In this document: in pieces, positions 59,795 to 64,000 of the stretch | How positions within the stretch are numbered: position 1 is the first letter of the stretch | Layout: the number at the start of each line of letters is the position of its first letter | Assembly (NCBI GenBank): GCA_030295235.1 | Contig: AP026124.1 | Location: 434,001 to 498,000 of the forward strand | Direction of reading: 5' to 3' | Origin: Fistulifera solaris | Taxonomy: Eukaryota | Length of the DNA: 64,000 bases | The notes under the pieces: model-generated | Databases searched by the model: none | Told to the model about the DNA's origin: nothing | The model's input: only the letters and a program-made list of their open reading frames with translations | Made by a program: the position numbers and the translations under genes

Positions 59795-60701
59795 TTACCA
59801 CTGTTCGGCACCTCCAGCTTGGTCTCCTTCCCAAGTGCTAGCACCGTAGGCATCGGCTTGGTATCCGTCAACGCCGGCAGTGTCCACAAGCTGAGAAGGA
59901 TCCATCACTTCGGCCGGAGCAGCTTCATAGCCGCCAGTGCCACCAGCTTCATCCAACTTAGCTTGCTGCTCCTCCTCGTTCTTCTTCAACTCCTCAACGT
60001 CACGGTGGAAGAAAAGATCAACAGGAACTTCCCAAGGCTCAGCACGGCTGATGGATCCTCGCAATCGGAGAACCTCACGGGCAAGAAGCCAGTAGAGGAG
60101 ACCGATTGAAAGCTTACCCTTGTTGTTAGCCGGAATGGCGATATCAACATATTGAAGAGGAGAGTCCGAGTCGCACAAAGCAATCACAGGAATGTTCACG
60201 TACGAAGCCTCCTTCACAGCCTGGCTATCCGTGCGAGGATCAGTGACAATCAAAAGACGGGGTTCACGGAATTGTTTAGTGATCTGGTTGGTAAAAGTAC
60301 CAGGAGTGAAACGTCCAGCAATCGATTGAGCACCAGTGTAGTTGGCTTTGAAACGATAAGGTAAATGATTAGGGCATGAACAATAATGGATAGATCGTGA
60401 TTGATGAAAAAATAAACGTACCGAACTTGAGAGTAGCACGCATTCCGTAGGGGCGGGCAGAAATGGCAATCACATCAGCAGGGTTCTCAATAGATACAAT
60501 AACACGGGCGGCTAACATGAGCTTTTCCCAAGTCTGTCCAATGTTGAGAATGTGGACACCATCGACACGACGACGCCAGATGTATTCCGTCATCATTGAA
60601 TCGGAGTTACGGGTGCCCGTGTGCACACCGGCACTCAACATCATTTGGATGTCTTCCTCCTTAGGCTGGAGGATGGCGGGGAGGTTGGAGAAGGAAGCCA
60701 T
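59795..60701 (-). CDS. RPSA: 40S ribosomal protein uS2 (SA/Rps0); intron 60346-60421
   Basis: [42 protein letters not shown]. Confidence 0.97.
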
Positions 60702-61599
60702 GGTGAATATCAGTGGACTGGCAAGTTAAATCGATTGATTATTACGCGTTGATTAACAGTTTGCAATCGACGGTGAGATCATGTGTTGAAGGATGGACGA
60801 GAAAAAAACTGAAGAAGAGCGGTAAGAGGTAAATTTACCCCGAACATTAATAAAGTTTACCCAAATGAAATGTGCCGAGAACCTACGACCTACGACCTAC
60901 GAAATACAAACCACATCAGAGTAAACTGCACTATACTCCCTATGTGTAAGCAACCTTTTCGCCAAGACTGGATTTTAGTCATGAGAAAAACTGTCATCAA
61001 TAGCCCTTGTTTGCAAGCTTCAACAGTTCCCGAATACCTGGTTCGAGGAAATCGAGAAGACGCCAAAATTGCGAGTGCTGTCGACTTTGGCAAATCCATG
61101 ACAAAAATGAAGTCGTTTAACCGAAGAATTAGAGATTTCTTTGTAACTGTTTCATTCTCAAAGGGAGTCGGCTGAAATTGCGACGTAAGCTGATCTCCTG
61201 CTGAGAGAATATAGCAAAGGCCTCTAATCTGTTCCTTTACGCAGTCATCCGATGAGCGACTCTGTTCCCCCTCTTGAAGATACGTTGATGATTTCAGACA
61301 GTTACCTGGTACTACCCATCCCGATGAATGGTAAATCTTCCAAAAAGACAACCCAGTGATTCATTGACGTGTGGTGCTCCATCCGGTATCATCCAATGAA
61401 GCAATGGACAGCTCATAGCGCTTGAACAACTTCACTGGATGATTTCCATTTCATCCACTTGATGCATACCGGTTCATCTTAATGTATGTTGCTCTTCTGG
61501 TTCTGAAGGATGAGGCACTGTTTATCTCTTCAAAAAAAAACAGCAGAATATCGGACGAGTTGCATCCAGAAAAAACGCAAAATTTATGCCAGCAGCCAA

Positions 61600-62432
61600 T
61601 TAGTCTCCATTCATCAAACCCAAATCAAACCGATGTCTGACCGTCAAGCTTATTCTCTCCTGCCGGTGGGCTTTCGTACCAGCAGGAACATTGCAACATG
61701 TCGGTTCAGCTGTTTCATACTCTTCGTTGGTTTCACGTATAGAATGCATACACTGACTGTACGCATCGCCTTCGAAAACGACCAATGAACCTCTTCCATG
61801 TAGTAGGAGCTGTCGTTGAGAAAATGCGCCCTTTGTCGAGGCTCGAAATGCAAGAGAACTTGTCCATCACCAAGACTCAAAGTGGCGGTGCGGCTGAAGT
61901 ATGCGGGCCCATCGGTATGAGGCATTATTCCCTGAGAAGAAGTGTAATGATTGATTAGAATGTGATTCGGTGGCGCCGATTCATCGAATATTCCAGCTTC
62001 CATCAACGCCTGTGTTATAAGTTGAATAGGCCGCGGAAACGATCCGTCAAACACGGCAACTTTCCTCTTCGAGTGATGTAAATTGTGCCAGTGTCCATGC
62101 TTCTGGTTTTTTGTCGTGGCAGCCACGGGGAGTTTTTCAAGCCACTGCCACAAATCGTTGCAGAAATGGAATGGCAAGAAGGACTCTTTGTAGAAAATAC
62201 TACCGGGGTTTTGGCTCGAAACACAATCTGAGAGTCGATTCAATTCAGGAACCTTTAAGGTGTAAAATTCTCCACTCCACTCTGGGAGTTCTTTGGAAGT
62301 AGGGCGTCCATCTCTTGGGGAACTCGGTGGTGAGTTATTTTTGGCAATGCTTTCTCGGTTTCTTTGTCGAGCTTTGCGCTTCTCGTCGAGGTAAAGTTTT
62401 CTATAGTCAATCGCATCTTCTGTCGGTGCCAT
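61600..62432 (-). CDS. ALKBH6: AlkB homolog 6-like Fe(II)/2OG dioxygenase; frameshift ~61832
   Basis: PNHILINHY..QGIMPHTDGPAY, then GSLVVFEGDAY..HSI..RISLTVR. Confidence 0.82.
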
Positions 62433-63122
62433 AACAGTAAGCTTGCTCCTAAATGGTAGCAGTTTGATAAAGAGCACTTATTGTGCTTTATCGATGTGTT
62501 TGGCTCACAAAACATGGCTTATTGCCACGAAGATGATTGATGCACACTGCGAGCTCGGATTTGCTGTTCAATCAAAATCACAATTGAAAGTATTTCCGTC
62601 TGTTTTGAAATGTTTGTGAGTCTGTGACTTACATGCAGTCGTGGCGAAGTGTCGCCAATCTCCCTTCATTTATTATAGCAAGAAAATTGTCTACGTAGTA
62701 CGGAGTAGAAAATTATCGATTCATGTCTGAAATGCAGTCTTGGTAGCTGTGAGACAACACTATTGTTTTGCTTCGAGGCTCTTAACGACGCCCTCTTATT
62801 ATACGGAGTACTATTTTTACTCCCCCCTGACTGTACTTTATTCTATTTATTGATCAGATAGTAAAGCTTGGAGCGGTGCATCGTGCATCGGATTTCAAAA
62901 TTTCATTACAATCATTCAACGGGAGCATTAAAGCGACGAGGGATTATGACTAGCAACCCAGAAATCATTAATGGGGCAACAATTCACATCATAGATGTCA
63001 TTGGTTCCTTGTATAGGCGTCGCTTTGAAGAGATATAAAGTAGCGTTTTGCTTTTAATAGAGGGACACCATCTGCCGAGTGTACTCGGTGCTTCCATCGC
63101 TTGCAATAGTTAAAGCAAGCCT

Positions 63123-64000
63123 TTATCCCAGTGTTCTTCGCGAAGATACGAGACGTATGACCACAGCTACGAGTATTGTTATGAATGCCGTTTTTAACCA
63201 CGGCAGCAAATGACCATCCATTGTTGTGTGTATCGTCCGCAATTCATCTTCCGTCCAAGTAGGATGCGGAGTTTGTAGAGTTCGTTGCCCCGTACTTAGC
63301 ACAGTCTGACCATCCTGATTTCGCACCTTGATTTCTACCGTTGAATTATCCCAATCGATGTGAATGACTCCATAGTTGATGCCAATGTAATAGCTGGAAA
63401 CGGTGTGAGTGGAGTATCAAGCCATAGCTCAGAACCATAAAAAACGCTTACTTTTTGATATTGTTGTGGCGATGACTGGAATACGTGTTCAAGAGAGGCT
63501 CACACAATCCTCCATAAAACGGAGAAGCGCAATCGTGGGTTAAACCCGAACTGGTCACCTCCAAAAACGAATCTTCTTTCATCGCCATCGGGTCGAGAAC
63601 CTCTCCGTGATGCACATCACCCGAAAGAATATAAACCGCAGTCTTTTCTGACATCTGGGATATCAACCGAAACAAGCGGTCTCGTTCCGATGGAAAATGT
63701 CCCCAACCTTCCATCATAGGATTTGTGGATAAGACCTGAATGCTACTGACGATTAGTGTCAGTACACTACCCGATGCCTCGGTTTCTTGCTCAAGCCACT
63801 GCCATTGTTCCTCACCCAATAAAGTGGACTGTGACGGACACAGGCTGGGAAAGAAAGCAGCCGCGAACCACCGCGAAAGACAAGCAAACCCCGACCCCAA
63901 AGGTACTTTCATGGCGACGGAAGGAATACAATGCTGTTCCCGGTGCCAGCGAGTATCTAGAAATAGGACTTTGACCTTTCGAGGTGCACTGCCGACCGTA
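63123..64000 (-). CDS. PhoD-like alkaline phosphatase, 3' part (runs off window); intron 63394-63451
   Basis: LLGEEQWQWLE, SSIQVL, EGWGHFPSERDRL, LSGDVHHGE, EVTSSGLTH, NYGVIHIDWD; C-terminal TM. Confidence 0.85.

Noticed and set aside
53546..60701. Functional cluster of ribosome and chromatin genes (ACL4, FES1, RPS24, H2A.Z, TAF12, RPSA)
   Set aside because: Housekeeping neighbours in mixed orientations are expected in a compact genome; no shared element seen.
61297..61312. U1 snRNA 5' end (TTACCTGG)
   Set aside because: No ATAC prefix, no U1 loops or Sm site; explained by the TACCTGGTA motif.
61244..61335. In-frame TGA (61275) as selenocysteine in C-S-P-S-U
   Set aside because: No recognisable selenoprotein family; the nearby hairpin is Watson-Crick paired and lacks the SECIS GA/GA quartet.

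Overview
Gene-dense eukaryotic nuclear DNA from a diatom, probably a raphid pennate. Support: a fucoxanthin-chlorophyll LHCF gene with an ASAAAFAP bipartite signal, short GT-AG introns, a GH161 glucan phosphorylase and a SET-aminopropyltransferase-AdoMetDC fusion. About 37 protein-coding loci can be supported; no rRNA, tRNA, CRISPR array or intact transposon was seen. Many conserved genes are broken by single-base gains or losses in homopolymer runs, which I read as consensus sequencing errors, so gene models are given as repaired spans. Most notable: (1) a CDP-alcohol phosphotransferase-like membrane domain with a degenerate catalytic motif, fused to an intact HxGH cytidylyltransferase; (2) a secretory long-chain-polyamine multidomain enzyme whose AdoMetDC-like domains lack the pyruvoyl-forming serine; (3) a ~50 bp degenerate tandem array built from a CCAGAAWTTCTGG-type quasi-palindrome; (4) recurrent intergenic TA-flanked motifs resembling Tc1/mariner excision footprints; (5) a tandem zinc-knuckle membrane protein family with a second membrane domain starting directly after a UAG-G stop; (6) a membrane-anchored GH161; (7) small divergent APC13-like and SMN-like genes. 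All family assignments come from motif recognition by eye, not database searches.
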